This document shows, piece after piece, positions 48,101-59,900 of a DNA stretch of 64,000 bases. The notes beneath the pieces were generated by a model. That model saw only the letters and a program-made list of their open reading frames with translations, made no database searches and was not told the origin of the DNA. The stretch's first letter is position 1, and each line of letters starts with the position of its first letter. Source of the DNA: Asterias rubens (taxonomy: Eukaryota); NCBI RefSeq assembly GCF_902459465.1, contig NC_047066.1:20026001-20090000 (forward strand), in the 5' to 3' direction. A program made the translations under genes and the position numbers.

Positions 48101-51100
48101 ATAATAATAATAAAGGCTTGTATATCACTCAGGGATGCGCACAAGGAGCTTCCACATTCAGCATTTTCTAAAAGATACTGTCTAGCTAAGTATTTAAGTA
48201 TAAAACCAATTTTTTGTCTAAAGCACCATGAAATGGAAAAAGGATGCTTCATTTTAGTCCCTTAAAGCCATTATACACTTTCGGAACAGAACAAATGATA
48301 AAAGTTCACAGATTTTCAAATAACTTACAGGGTTAACAGAAGGTAATGGTAAAAGACTTCTCTTGAAATTTTATTCCATGAAATGCTTTACTTTTTGAGT
48401 AACAATAAAAACAATTATCAATTCGCGACCACGAGAATTACGGATTTATAGTAAACACATGTCATGACACGGCGAAACGTGCGGAAACAAGGGTGGGTTT
48501 TCCCTTTATTTTCTCCTGACTCCGATGACCGATTGACCCTAAATTTTCACAGGTTTGTTATTTTATATATAAGTTGTGATACACAAAGTTTGGGCCTTGG
48601 ACAACACTGTTACCGAAAGTGTCCACTGGCTTTAATGGAGCTTTTTTTTTATTTTATTAGTTTTTGTAAATTGTCGCAGGGGGAATCTGAAATGCTGTGT
48701 ATAGCTCAATTCATTACCTATGGTCGGTGGGTTGTGAGAACCAGCCGAGGACGGGGTGCCACTGAGTCGTGTGAGATTTCTTCTTGCCGACGTAACCTTG
48801 ACAATGGGTCAGGAGGGAGACGGTCACTCGCTGGAAAACACATTGTGAGAGATGGGTAAGGATTCAAATTCATGTTGTGTCAGATGAAAATGAATGAAAT
48901 AATAGTGGCATTGGAAACAACGTTGCTGTTGACATTTTACAAAAACAATTTCAAATACTAAAATGCATAAGTTAGCAAAAATACTTACTGTAAAAACTTG
49001 CACATTGCTTGAGAGAATCTGTGGAAACAATAACAATACAAAAAAAAAACTGCATGTTAACAAAGTTACAAAGTGATGTGACAATATGCACCGTCAACAT
49101 TGGGGGGCAATCTAAGTTAAGTATTTAAAATTTAACTAGAATATCAAACAAATATTACCTGCTGTTCAAGCTGACCCATGTGTATAAGATTTGCTGTGGA
49201 TGAATACATAAACAGATTTCTATTAAATAACATTAATAAGATTTGACTATAAGATTTGAAAACAAAAACCACCACTTAATCCATGAAAAAGTAGCTGGAG
49301 GGTGAAAAAGTAGCTGGAGTGTGAAAAAGTAGCTGGAGGGTGAAAAAGTAGCTGGAAGTAACTAAAACATTTGCAATTATTATGAGAACAATGCAAGCAG
49401 GCAATGGGCACTTAGGTCTGTAGAGAGATTAGGGATTTACGTGAAAAGATAGCAAGTTATTTGAAAAGAATTGGTTTTGAGAGCCGTGAAGGTAGTTTCC
49501 AGACCTCTTGATGGACCCCTTAGCTCCACACGTGTGATGAAGTTTTTACATCAACTAGAAAACCTCTTGTCCAAGTCAACTACGGTACATCATGTTATAC
49601 ATGTAGTTCTCTTACCCATTAAGCACAGTGCATAGTTTCCTTCCAGTGTGTTAAAGATTATCCTCATATTCTGCTCTTTGGCAAGAAAGTCCAGGCACTG
49701 TTTGAAGAAATTGTGTGTCTTTACGGAGGCCAGACACTGCCGAAAAAGAAAGAAATGTTGTCCCTTTTCAGCTTTTTATTATGGGATAAACCTAACACTC
49801 GAAAATCCTCTGCATGAATTTGGAGAATTGTGGATGAATGGTGGATAAATTGTGCATGAATTGTGGAGGAATTGTGGAGGACTGAAGACCATCATGGTCG
49901 AGCATTCAAGTGCACTGGACTCAAGCTCTGGTGGCCAAGTCATCAGGGTGTGGGTTCAAACCCCGGTCATGACACTTGTGTCCCTGAGAAAGACACCAAA
50001 CTGTAAACGCTTCTCTTCACGGAGGTAAATGGGTACCTGTGAGGGCAGGTATGGTCATTGTGATTGATTTAGCATAGTGCGCTAAAAATTTTGCGGCACA
50101 GGCTGTATAATACCAGGAAGCTGAGATAGTTTAAGGAATGAAATAAAATTGCTTGGTGACCAGGGGAAATAATGTTAGGAGACATACGCCTTTTGGCGAC
50201 AGTTATTTGTTTAACTTTTATGCTCTCCTGGGCACCCCACTGTTGTTTTACTTTGTTTTCTTAAATATTTGTAATGTATGTACATGTGCTTGTAAATGTG
50301 ATTGCCCGAATAAATATTATTATCCCCATGAACATCACTGAATGACGGATTTGTGCGGTATATAAGAAGTCACCATTAGTAATATTATTTTTATTTAATT
50401 ATATTGACAATTTACCTCTGGAGCGATAGTAGTGAGGTGTAGAATAAGAGCTGGTACTGATAGAATGTAGAGATGGAAAAGACTTGTCAGGTTATCCGAG
50501 AATTTACTGGCAATCAACGGCCTGCAAAATTATTTAAATATCAATTATTTAAAAACAAAACTATTATAGAGATTCGTGCATAAACTTTGTACAAACTTCG
50601 CAAAAGACCTAAACCTTTATAAAAAGTTAAAAATCAGCAAAATTTAATATTCAAACTGTCCAAAACAGTAAAGTCAAACAAAAAAGTGCAGCATCTAGAA
50701 GTCATCAAAAGTTAAAAGAAATTTACAGGTTGTACAGATTGTATAAGTTGTAAAAATCAATCAAATGTGTCAAGGCCCTAAGATTTTCCAATGGATGTGC
50801 CGTATACTTGTGTTTCCTTTGTTGTTTCTACTGTGGAAATATCTACATCTAAACACTAACAAAATTCATACATGGGATCCATAGAGATATAAGTTATACA
50901 TAATGGACTGCATACCGTAATGCGACAGTGAACAGAGCTGAGAGCATAGCATGGGTTAATGAGGGCTTCTTCCTGGCTAGGCCCTGGACCAGTAACTGCT
51001 GCAGTGCAGGGAACAATCCCTTGCTGTTCAGATGACCCATTACATTAGCACAAAGCTGGTTCAGACTGGGTTTCAAAGCTTCCGCTTCGGAGCAAAGGAG

Positions 51101-54100
51101 GGGAAAAGGGAATAACAAATAAAACATTCTGAATCAGAATCTACATATTTATATATTTGGTTTGCGGTAACACCATGTGTGTATCTCCTTGAACTGTCCT
51201 TCTTTATTCTACTACCGCAGATTAGATTTATCGGATGTTTGGGAGACTTCTCAGTTCTGAAAAGAACTGTCCTGCTTTTTAACTACTGCCGGGCGGAAGG
51301 TATAGTAAATTGGCTGGGACTACTACTTTAGCTTATAGGATCGTGATTAACTGCACTACCGCGGAGTCAGTTCTTGAATTAGTCTCAACGTTTCGACTAG
51401 CTTGCTCTAGTCATCCTAATTGAAACATCACACAAACTTTTTGTAGAGAAGACAATGAACATACTTCAGTTTCAGATGTGGGAGGAAAACTGCTAAAGGT
51501 GAATGAAAGGGAAAACCCAGGCAGTCAGGTAGGGACTAAAACAAACAATTAAATTCAATTCAATTCAATTAATAAAAAAAAATTAATCATCCTTTATTAG
51601 GCAATTACATCAGTTGCTCAGCTCCATATAAAAACATTAAGAGATATAGCTACAAAATAGACAATATACAATTATTTAAAAGTATTTGATAAAATGACAA
51701 AGCAGATATGTAAAAATGGTTGAAACCACAACAATATATACAAGTGAATACATAAAAAACATTAATTGAATGTACATTATTAAAGACTGTGGACACTTTT
51801 GGTAATTGTCAATGACCAGTCTTCTCACTTGCTGTATGTCATCATATGCATGAAATAACAAGCCTGTGAAAATTTGAGCTCAATCGGTCATCAAATTTGC
51901 AAGATATGAATGAAACAATAAAAAAAAATTGTCACACGAAGTTGTGTGCTTTCTGATGCTTGATTTCGAGACCTCAAATTCTAAATCTGAGGTCTCGAAA
52001 TCAAATTCATGGAAAATTACTTCTTTCTCGAAAACTACGTTACTTCAGAGGGAGTCGTTTCTCACAATGTTTTATCCATCAACAGCTCCTCATTACTCGT
52101 TACCAAATAAGGTTTTATGCTAATAATTATTTTGATACCAATAGTGTCCACTGCCTTTAAGAACCACAAAACAAATTAAAAAAATACAGTGAAAGCAGGT
52201 CAACAAATGCAAGGTAAACAAATGCAAGGCTCCGGTCTGGGTTCAAACCAAGGTCCACAGAGGTGAAAGGCAGGGACAGAAAACTACTGAGTCAATCTGA
52301 CTGCAGTGTATTGCATAAGTAGAACTTGGCTAAGTGGTAATATAATACAACCTTGTTTCAATCATAGTTATAAACAAATAAAAATAAAACGCCTGCAATT
52401 TAGTATCATTTGGCCTTTGCTTATGGTAAGCTGTGTTTATCCAATACAATACATATATCTGAAGAATGCAGAGATGACTATGAGGACTAGTTCAATGGGA
52501 AAATGAGCACAGTAGAGGGCTAACTTACCTCCTTGTACTTTGAGGATCTTCCATGTTGAACAGTCGGTGAATGTCACCATCATGTGTAAGTAGAGGGTTA
52601 TGACCTTAGCATCAACTGGGGATTCAGGCTGAGGACGAATTAAATGAAATAAGAGTAGGAGGGTTAACTAATGAATTAGTATGCTATATGACAGAGGCAT
52701 CATTTTCAGAAAAAAGAACATCAGTCCAAAGTGTTAAAAGAATAAAAGGCATGTATTATTACAATGCAGGATATGTACATGTCGCTGTGAACGGGTGTTN
52801 NNNNNNNNNNNNNNNNNNNNNNNNNNNNNNNNNNNNNNNNNNNNNNNNNNNNNNNNNNNNNNNNNNNNNNNNNNNNNNNNNNNNNNNNNNNNNNNNNNNN
52901 NNNNNNNNNNNNNNNNNNNNNNNNNNNNNNNNNNNNNNNNNNNNNNNNNNNAGTTGTTTGAGGTATTTACAGCACAGATCCAATAAAGTCTTCAGTTGAG
53001 TAATCCAGGCCAAAACATGTTCCTTAGATAGTGCTAGTGACACATACCAAACCTGCCAACAAAATCAAACATTACCAGTCTGAACATTATCCAACTCCTC
53101 CAATAGGCCTAAATAAAATAGTCAACAACGTACAATTATAAATGTATACTAGTGAAGTAATTTTCACCTTAGGATCTCCTTCTTTGTCCATTCCCGCCAG
53201 TATGTAGCGACAAAGGTTCTCCAATCTCTGCAACAATGGAAAAATCAGAATGTAAAAATGTAAACGGGCCGGGTAAACTAAAGGGCATCTCTACAGAGTA
53301 CAATGTAAAAAATATAATAACTTTGTATCAAAAATTTTAAGCCAGGCTGGGTTAAGTGTCTGGTAAGCACTGTGACCAGAGTTCTATAGGCCCTCGGCAC
53401 TAGAGTTCCAAAGGATCTCAGCACTACTAAGTAGTATTCCCAAGGTAGACACCAGTGTTCCAAAGGCAGGCACCGGTGTAACAAAGGCCCTTGATGCTAT
53501 TCCAAAGGTCCTAAGGAACCAGAGTTCCAAAGGGCCTAGGCACCAAAGTTCCAAAGGCACTTGGCCCCACTGTTCCATGTTCAAAAGGCCCTAGGCAATA
53601 GCGTTCCTATAAGGCTCTGGGCACCAAAGTTCAAACACCCTTGGCACCGGAGTTCCAAAGGCCCTAAGCACCAGTGTTCCAAAGGCTCTGGGCACCAAAG
53701 TTCAAACACCCTTGGCACCGGAGTTCCAAAGGCCCTAAGCACCAGTGTTCCAATGGTCCTAGGCACCAGTGTTCCGAAGGCCATAGGCACCAGTGTTCCT
53801 AAGGCCATAGGCACCAGTGTTCCAAAGGCCCTAGGCACCAGTGTTCCAAAGGCCATAGGCACCAGTGTTCCTAAGGCCATAGACACCAGTGTTCCAAAGG
53901 CCCTAGGCACCAGTGTTCCAAAGGCCATAGGCACCAGTGTTCCTAAGGCCATAGGCACCAGTGTTCCAAAGGCCATAGGCACCAGTGTTCCTAAGGCCAT
54001 AGGCACCAGTGTTCCAAAGGTCCTAGGCACCAGTGTTCCAAAGGCCATAGGCACCAGTGTTCCTAAGGCCATAGGCACCAGTGTTCCAAAGGTCCTAGGC

Positions 54101-56010
54101 ACCAGTGTTCCGAAGGCCATAGGCACCAGTGTTCCTAAGGCCATAGGCACCAGTGTTCCAAAGGCCCTAGGCACCAGTGTTCCGAAGGACATAGGCACCA
54201 GTGTTCCTAAGGCCATAGGCATCAGTGTTCCAAGGACCCTAAGCACCAGTGTTACAAGGACCCTAACCACCAGTGTTCCAAAGGCACTTGGCACCAAAGG
54301 TTAGGAGGCCCTATGCCATGTATGCCATTCATTTAGTACATATTAAGTGGAGTTCCATTCAAATGTGCTGGTTGTGGCAAGTTGCTTAAAAAAATTGGTG
54401 AAATTAAAGCTTGAATTCATCGGCCCAAAATAGTCCAAGTCCTGAAAGTCTGACCTTGAATTTCATTTGAGTCCATCCACTTATGATAACAGATTCTGAT
54501 GATGTATGTAAACCGCTCACCTGTTTATCCATATCATCTCTGTACACCATGAGGAATTTATGGACTGCCTGGAAGACATTTCGAGCTAAGGAAGAACGAA
54601 AAACCAAATGATATTCTTTATCCAAGATCCAAATTTTTACATACTATTAATTTGGTGCTCTAGTGGTAAGACTTCTGCTCTAGCATGGCAAAGGTTGGTT
54701 CAAACTTGGTGCAATTTTAGACTCTCAATACAATTTGCATTCATTGGAAAAAAAACACATGAAAAGAATCTATACGTATATAGGTAAAACATGTACATTG
54801 TCACAGAATAATTATAACCACTCGTTGAAACCTGGCTTTTCCATTTGACTCGGCTTCACCTCGTGAAAAGGACTAGTCCAGATTTCATCTCATGTAACCT
54901 GCAGCCGATTTTACGAAACGCTGGGATTAATCCTATCTCGAGTTAGGACGAGTAACCCATCCTAACTTAGGATGGGGCTGAAAGTGTCCTAATATTAATC
55001 CTAAGTTAGGAAGAGTTTGGTGTAATCGACGGCAGACACTCACTCTTGCAAACAAACGTAATTGTGATTTGACAAACTGAATGATATTGTAAGGTACAGT
55101 ACCTGGCTTAAAATGGTGTTTGTTGTTGTTTGGAGACTGTGGGGATTGTGGAGATGAGACATTATTTCCTGCACTATAAGATTCTAGCAGAGAATCTAGA
55201 ATGCTGAGCATGCATCGTCTGTGCCGCCTTCTGGATAGAAATCCTTGTACAAGTGCCTAAATAATACAAAATATATTTTATTTAACAAAAACTACAGGCA
55301 GTGATAAATACAATGTTAGAAAATGGATTGGTTTATTAGTCACTGTGGTCACGTGGCAATTACCAGATAATTTGTTTGCGGACTACTACTTTACTTTGTA
55401 TATTCTAGTACAAGTACGGTTCAGAAAATCATGGGCATAGAAACAGCTGAATCACAATTTACGCACTGTCAACAATCAACAATCAATGATTTCGTGGGAT
55501 GCTAGATTATACGACCGAATATACACATAACAACACAGTACAGTACAGCTCCCCTGAGTTATTGGGTCTACTATACTCAGTATTTACTTATTTACTCTGT
55601 CTATTTAACTTACTTTACTTATAACATTATTATTGCAATGATTAAGTAATAATTATTTAATAACAATAATATTTAATTTAATAATTATGCGGACACATAT
55701 TTATACCCACACCACACTCAGTCAGTAAAAGATGTATTTATTAATTTTAAGCTTATAATTGATTCGTTCTTTATTTATGTTTCAAGGACAAACATACAAA
55801 CAAACATTGTCAAAATAGACAATACGGTACGAATAGGACAACACAAAGCCCAACGTAGTTTCCCGTACGGACGGCCGCTGCACCCTTCGTTTTTACCTGT
55901 ATTTTGATGACTGCTTGCTCCCGTTGTTTTTGGAATGCTCTTTCGTTCCTGGAAGCTTTAGCCTTTTCAAGAAGCTCACCCTTCTTTGAGCCATCAGCTT
56001 TGCTGAACAT
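39116..56010 (-). CDS. UBE3B: HECT E3 ubiquitin ligase UBE3B, about 1079 aa, 27 coding exons (exon 5 clipped by an assembly gap)
   Basis: Exons 56010-55897, 55256-55103, 54585-54521, 53227-53168, 53052-(gap ~52948), 52628-52529, 51084-50916, 50521-50416, 49736-49616, 49193-49159, 49018-48989, 48830-48718, 48053-47899, 47153-46989, 46394-46226, 45759-45641, 45056-44845, 44413-44294, 43890-43813, 43697-43599, 43166-43059, 42608-42471, 41811-41687, 41100-40918, 40431-40320, 39910-39818, 39307-39116; phases consistent. N-terminal IQ-like [17 protein letters not shown]; HECT motifs [17 protein letters not shown] and [31 protein letters not shown], typical of UBE3B. Confidence 0.95.
40797..40890. 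repeat. (TATGGT)n-type microsatellite in a UBE3B intron
   Basis: About 15 imperfect hexamers; source of the spurious NH- and VM-repeat ORFs. Confidence 0.9.
41344..41550. mobile_element. TA-flanked small TIR element
   Basis: 18-bp TIRs TATAGACAGTATTGAATA / TATTCAATACGGTCTATA (1 mismatch) around a CpG-rich core. Confidence 0.75.
41864..42252 (+). mobile_element. Kolobok-like TTAA MITE
   Basis: TTAA|AGACACTGG ... CCACTGCCT|TTAA, with TTAA at 41860-41863 and 42253-42256. Confidence 0.85.
43275..43410 (+). mobile_element. tRNA-derived SINE (truncated)
   Basis: gtggctaagcagtctagtgtactg..gggtgtggatttgaacc..cacttgtgtcc..cacttaaccataattgcttctcttcacc.aggagtaaa; same family as 49894-50140. Confidence 0.65.
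46451..46725. repeat. Tandem array of about 3 x 90 bp
   Basis: ccttttcatctgacaactaacacctgttatc recurs at a 90-bp period (~46488, 46578, 46668). Confidence 0.85.
47230..47335 (+). mobile_element. Penelope-type terminal-repeat fragment with an intact minimal hammerhead core
   Basis: CTGAAGA (47230-47236) + extra C + stem II GAGCAG/CTGTTC with AGTATA loop + GAAA (47256-47259) + C-ATC cleavage triplet. The upstream stem-I strand is missing. Confidence 0.6.
47348..47727 (-). mobile_element. tRNA-containing retroposon in partial-tandem form (1.4 x 261 bp) with a 12-bp TSD
   Basis: Period 261 bp (ataatagatg at 47345 and 47606); TSD CTACTATTCATA at 47336-47347 and 47728-47739. tRNA-like module at 47478-47545 with an A-box-like AGTCTAGTTGG and a perfect T-arm GTGGG-TTCGAAT-CCCAC. 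Confidence 0.75.
48266..48631. mobile_element. Kolobok-like TTAA MITE (related subfamily)
   Basis: TTAA|AGCCATTATACACTTTCGG ... CCGAAAGTGTCCACTGGCT|TTAA. Confidence 0.8.
49894..50140 (+). mobile_element. tRNA-derived SINE, most complete copy (fragments also near 17995-18085, 19335-19430, 40590-40660, 57820-57915)
   Basis: A-box-like TGGTCGAGCA, B-box-like GGTTCAAACCC (49953-49963), conserved central gacacttgtgtccctgagaaagacac, and an A-rich tail. Confidence 0.75.
51155..51417 (-). mobile_element. Second Penelope-type repeat fragment with a 5'-truncated hammerhead
   Basis: Minus strand (51417-51381) reads AGGA-T-GACTAG-AGCAAG-CTAGTC-GAAA-C-GTT-GAGACT; the CUG of the core and the stem-I 5' strand are absent. 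Confidence 0.5.
51784..52156 (+). mobile_element. Kolobok-like TTAA MITE
   Basis: TTAA|AGACTGTGGACAC ... GTGTCCACTGCCT|TTAA, with TTAA at 51780-51783 and 52157-52160. Confidence 0.85.
52800..52951. other. Assembly gap (152 N)
   Basis: Run of n characters; removes the last ~4 nt and the donor of UBE3B exon 5. Confidence 0.99.
53385..54300. repeat. 24-bp minisatellite (GGCACCAGTGTTCC[A/T/G]AAGGCC[A/C]TA)n
   Basis: About 22 homogeneous units from ~53762 to ~54290, degenerate units leftward to ~53385, and a duplicated ~71-bp three-unit block at ~53613-53760; lies in UBE3B intron 3. Confidence 0.95.
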
Positions 56011-56975
56011 TGTAGTGAATAAAGTCAAGAAGACATGTAGAAAACTTTAGCCAAAACACTGGAGAGGGAGTCAGTAGGGAATTCGCCCAATGTTGATTTT
56101 CCTTCATCCATGAGAGGTAGTTGGCATTTTGTGTCTCCAGAGGGCTCACTTCTAAAGTTTAACGGTGGTCTTTTAAACTTGTTCAAGTCGCATCAGAACA
56201 CACAACACAGAGAGTGCCCCCCCCCCCTTCCTCCTCCCATGTTTCTGCTGTCACAAAATCTACATTGTGTCTCTCCTAATCCTATAGCAAACGGATCATG
56301 TGTGTCCTTTCTCTGTGGTATAATTGCCCATAATCTGCTGATATGAATAGATAATCTTATTCAATCTAATCAGAGAGGTAGATTTAATCACCCCTTCCAA
56401 AAAAGTATCTCCCGGCATATTTCAGAACCCTAATAAATTGCCCCTTCTTTTGCCTCCTCAAAACAATTAATTCAAAAGGCACTAACGAGAGGTTTGATAC
56501 ATGAAATAAACCTCCCCACACATGTTTATGAATGTTGCCCTTGCTAATGAGCCCCAACAAATAATAAAAATAAGAACCATATGAATATTTGAACGATACT
56601 CTATTCAAAAGATGCAGTTGAATTCCCAAGTAGATCAATACTGATGCCACTGACTTATTGAAATTCATCGATCAATATTTTATTAAATTAAACATTGGCA
56701 TCCCCCCTACCCCGCCCACACATAGCGCCCTCTCTCAAAACAAAAAATAGTGACCACGATGTCCTTTCGGAGACACCGTACTTTCCATGTGTTTGTGCAG
56801 ATTTTTTCCCATCATACATCATTAAATTACCTGGCCGTGGAGGTGTGTGTCAAAAGTCCGTCTCAGAATAATGGGGGTTTTGTGTTTTGATACAAAGTCA
56901 CTCTTTGCAAATAACGGTTCAACGAGCACAGTTATTTTCATGTAGACGATTGACATGTCGAGGAAATCTTGAAGC

Positions 56976-59900
56976 ATGCCCCTCTTCAAGAAGAAATCTG
57001 GTGAGTGAAATAAATAGCTGTTTTTTCTCCCCCGCGAAGAACGTTCGTCGTGTTTGTTTTTGCTTATTCCGCCGGACGTTTCACCGGCCTTCGATCCTGC
57101 CCCTTGCCTGGCCCTGCCACCTTCCCCACGACCACGTTGCCCTCTGTGTCTTAAAATTTATGGAAGTGTAGAGCTTTGGTTCTAGTTCTAGAGACAAAAA
57201 ACAAAACATGCTCAATCGTCCAGGAAGTTATTGTCTTTGGTCATTGGTGTTATTATAATAATTCATTTATTTTATAAATTCTTGTTAACCTTTTTATAAT
57301 TTTACATTTTGATAACTTTCCGTAATCACGCCACCACCTTTTCACTTATTTTTACAAAAAGGATCTCATTGAAGTAAATTAGATACTATATCGAATGAAA
57401 AAGTGGTGGTGTTATACGGAAACTTTTCCATCAACATGATCAAGGGGAAAATGTCCGTATTCTCATCTGCCACCACTTTTTTTGTTTGTCAAGAAATGAA
57501 TTAGTATCAAAATAATTTACTTTCAAAATGAGATGTTCCTTTTAGTTATGACCTTTTGCCATAACAATTTGGTAAATATTATTATTAGTAAAAAAGGATA
57601 ATTCGAGGATACAGAAATCTTTGCTGTAAGGATGTAGGCATCCATTACTTCTACAACTACATGTATGAGATGATAGCCGAACGAACCTCATACTCATAGA
57701 TAGTTCTAGGAGTATTAGGCATCTAGGACTCAAGCCTTGGCTCTTGTTTTGTTTTTGGTAGAGTAGAATGCACTACCATCCCATCTTTTGGTGAAGCAAT
57801 AATGGTTAAGTAGCCTTACTCGCTCATCAAGGGCACAAGTGTCATGACTGGGCTTCAAACCCATACTCTGCTGCTGAAAACACCACAGGTTAGGTTCAGT
57901 GAACTAGACCACTCTGTCACGACATGGCAACCAAAAACAGACTGAACATGTTTCATTCATTCATAGTTTATACTAATTATTATTTTTTTCTTAACTAGCA
58001 AGTTGCAGTGATTTTTGTGTAGAAACTGGGTGTAGCATTTTACAAAGGAAAGCGGTCACTGTTCTTACAAATCCAGTAATCCTGGTTTGCTAAAACTAAA
58101 CATAAAATTACTTTTTCCATCGTGCAGAGAAGAGGCAGTCACCAGCCAAAACACCTAAGCACTCCCAAGCAACTCCACAAACTGCCACCTCCAAATCCCC
58201 ACCGTATCCAACCCAAAGAAGACCAGTAGAGACTGGTACGAGTCTACCAAATGGAGGCGCTTTAGCACAAATCAGAAATGACCAGACTGGTGAACAGAGG
58301 AAAGGCAGTCTTGGAAAGGAACCTGTTCTGAAGCGAGAGTTCAGCGATGAGGATAGCAAATATGGAGACCTTGGAACAGGTAAAGAGTCAGGTTGTGCAT
58401 ACCATGTTTATTTTTCAATTAATAAAGAAACTTGACACGTTTGGTAATTGTCGACACTCGGTTCTCAATTGGTGTATCCCAACATATCTATGCATAAAAT
58501 AACAAATCTGTGAAAAAAAATTGTTCAATTGGTCATCAAAGTTGCAAGAAAATAATGAAAGAAAAATTACACTTGTTGCACAAATTTGTGTGCTTTTAGA
58601 TGCCTGTTCTCAGTGAGAAGTTACCTCTCTCTCAAAATCTACATTACTTCAGAGGGAGTCAGGTCTCACAATGTGTGTTCAGGTTACAGAGGAAAATGTG
58701 AAACAAATTGTAGGTATTGAAAATAATTTGTGGGGTGGACTAAGATAAGACTGTACATCCATGGTTTCATTAGGCGACATAATCTGAAAAAACGTTGAGA
58801 TGAAATATTAATGTCGAAATGAAACCAAGGCTGCAGCTGTACATGAAGTAAAGACACCAACTGTAATTGTTTTTTGCACTGAGGTCCATGAATGTTGCAA
58901 TTGTGAGCTTTCAGATTGTACCCATCCTGCACTTTTGTATAAATTTATATGACTATGGATATTTAAGGCCCTGATTTTCGTTCTTGAAGGGGCACAGCAA
59001 TTTTCTTCTGGTAATGGGCAACTCTATGAGGAAAATTAAAATTTGTATTGGAAGTTTGCAAAGGGCACCACAGCAAAAGCACATGGCACCACGGCAGTTG
59101 CTGTGTGTGCTGTGGGTTATTTCGAACCCTGCTTACTCCTCTGTTTGTTGATGTAATCAGGTACCAAACAAGCCGTCAACTCAGAGCTGGAAACTAAATC
59201 TCGCCTTTGTCGCACCCTGCCAGAGGTACTCCACGACAATGGCGCCCTCCCCTACTTTATCCAGTTCATGCAGGCCCAGAACGTGGCCCACCTTGTCCAA
59301 TTCTGGCTCGCGACCGAAAGCTTCACAACGGCATCCTGGTCGCGGCTTCGCAGCGAGTCCATAACGAAGGCTCGGGGTACCCTATCGGAGCAGACTCCCC
59401 CTGGGAAACCTGCCAGTGAACCCCTCCCGCCGGCTCTTGAAAGTCATTTCTGCGTCCCGGAAATCACTACAAACATTCCTAATTCCAGTCCGAATTCAGA
59501 ACTCCAGAATACGGACCAGCTCAGACAAAACAATAACAGTAGAACTGAGAATAAAGAACTTGGTATTGAAACGGGAGAGACCAGCATTAAAACACACTCG
59601 AGGGCAAAGTCGGACTCGGTTGTTGAGATAGCTTCGACGAAGCCTACTGTGACCTCAACGGAGCATCCTGGCCACAAGAGAAACAACTCATGGAAAGGGG
59701 TAGATCCAAGGACAGGTAATGAACAACTCTTGAAAAGGAATAAAGAGTAACAACAGGCTTCGTTGAAAGGGCAAGGCCATTTTCATTTATAAAGGGTACT
59801 TCCATTGGAATGGGAAGACCAGTCTTCTCACTTGGTGCATCTCAATATATGCCTAAAATAAGAAACCTCTGAAAATTTGAACTCAATTGGTCGTCAAAGT

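Noticed and set aside
50416-50521. Suspected frameshift in UBE3B exon 8
   Set aside because: Re-reading the bases gives a continuous frame ([19 protein letters not shown]); no lesion.
53561-54304. 247-aa and 238-aa ORFs on both strands
   Set aside because: Translation of a 24-bp minisatellite inside UBE3B intron 3.
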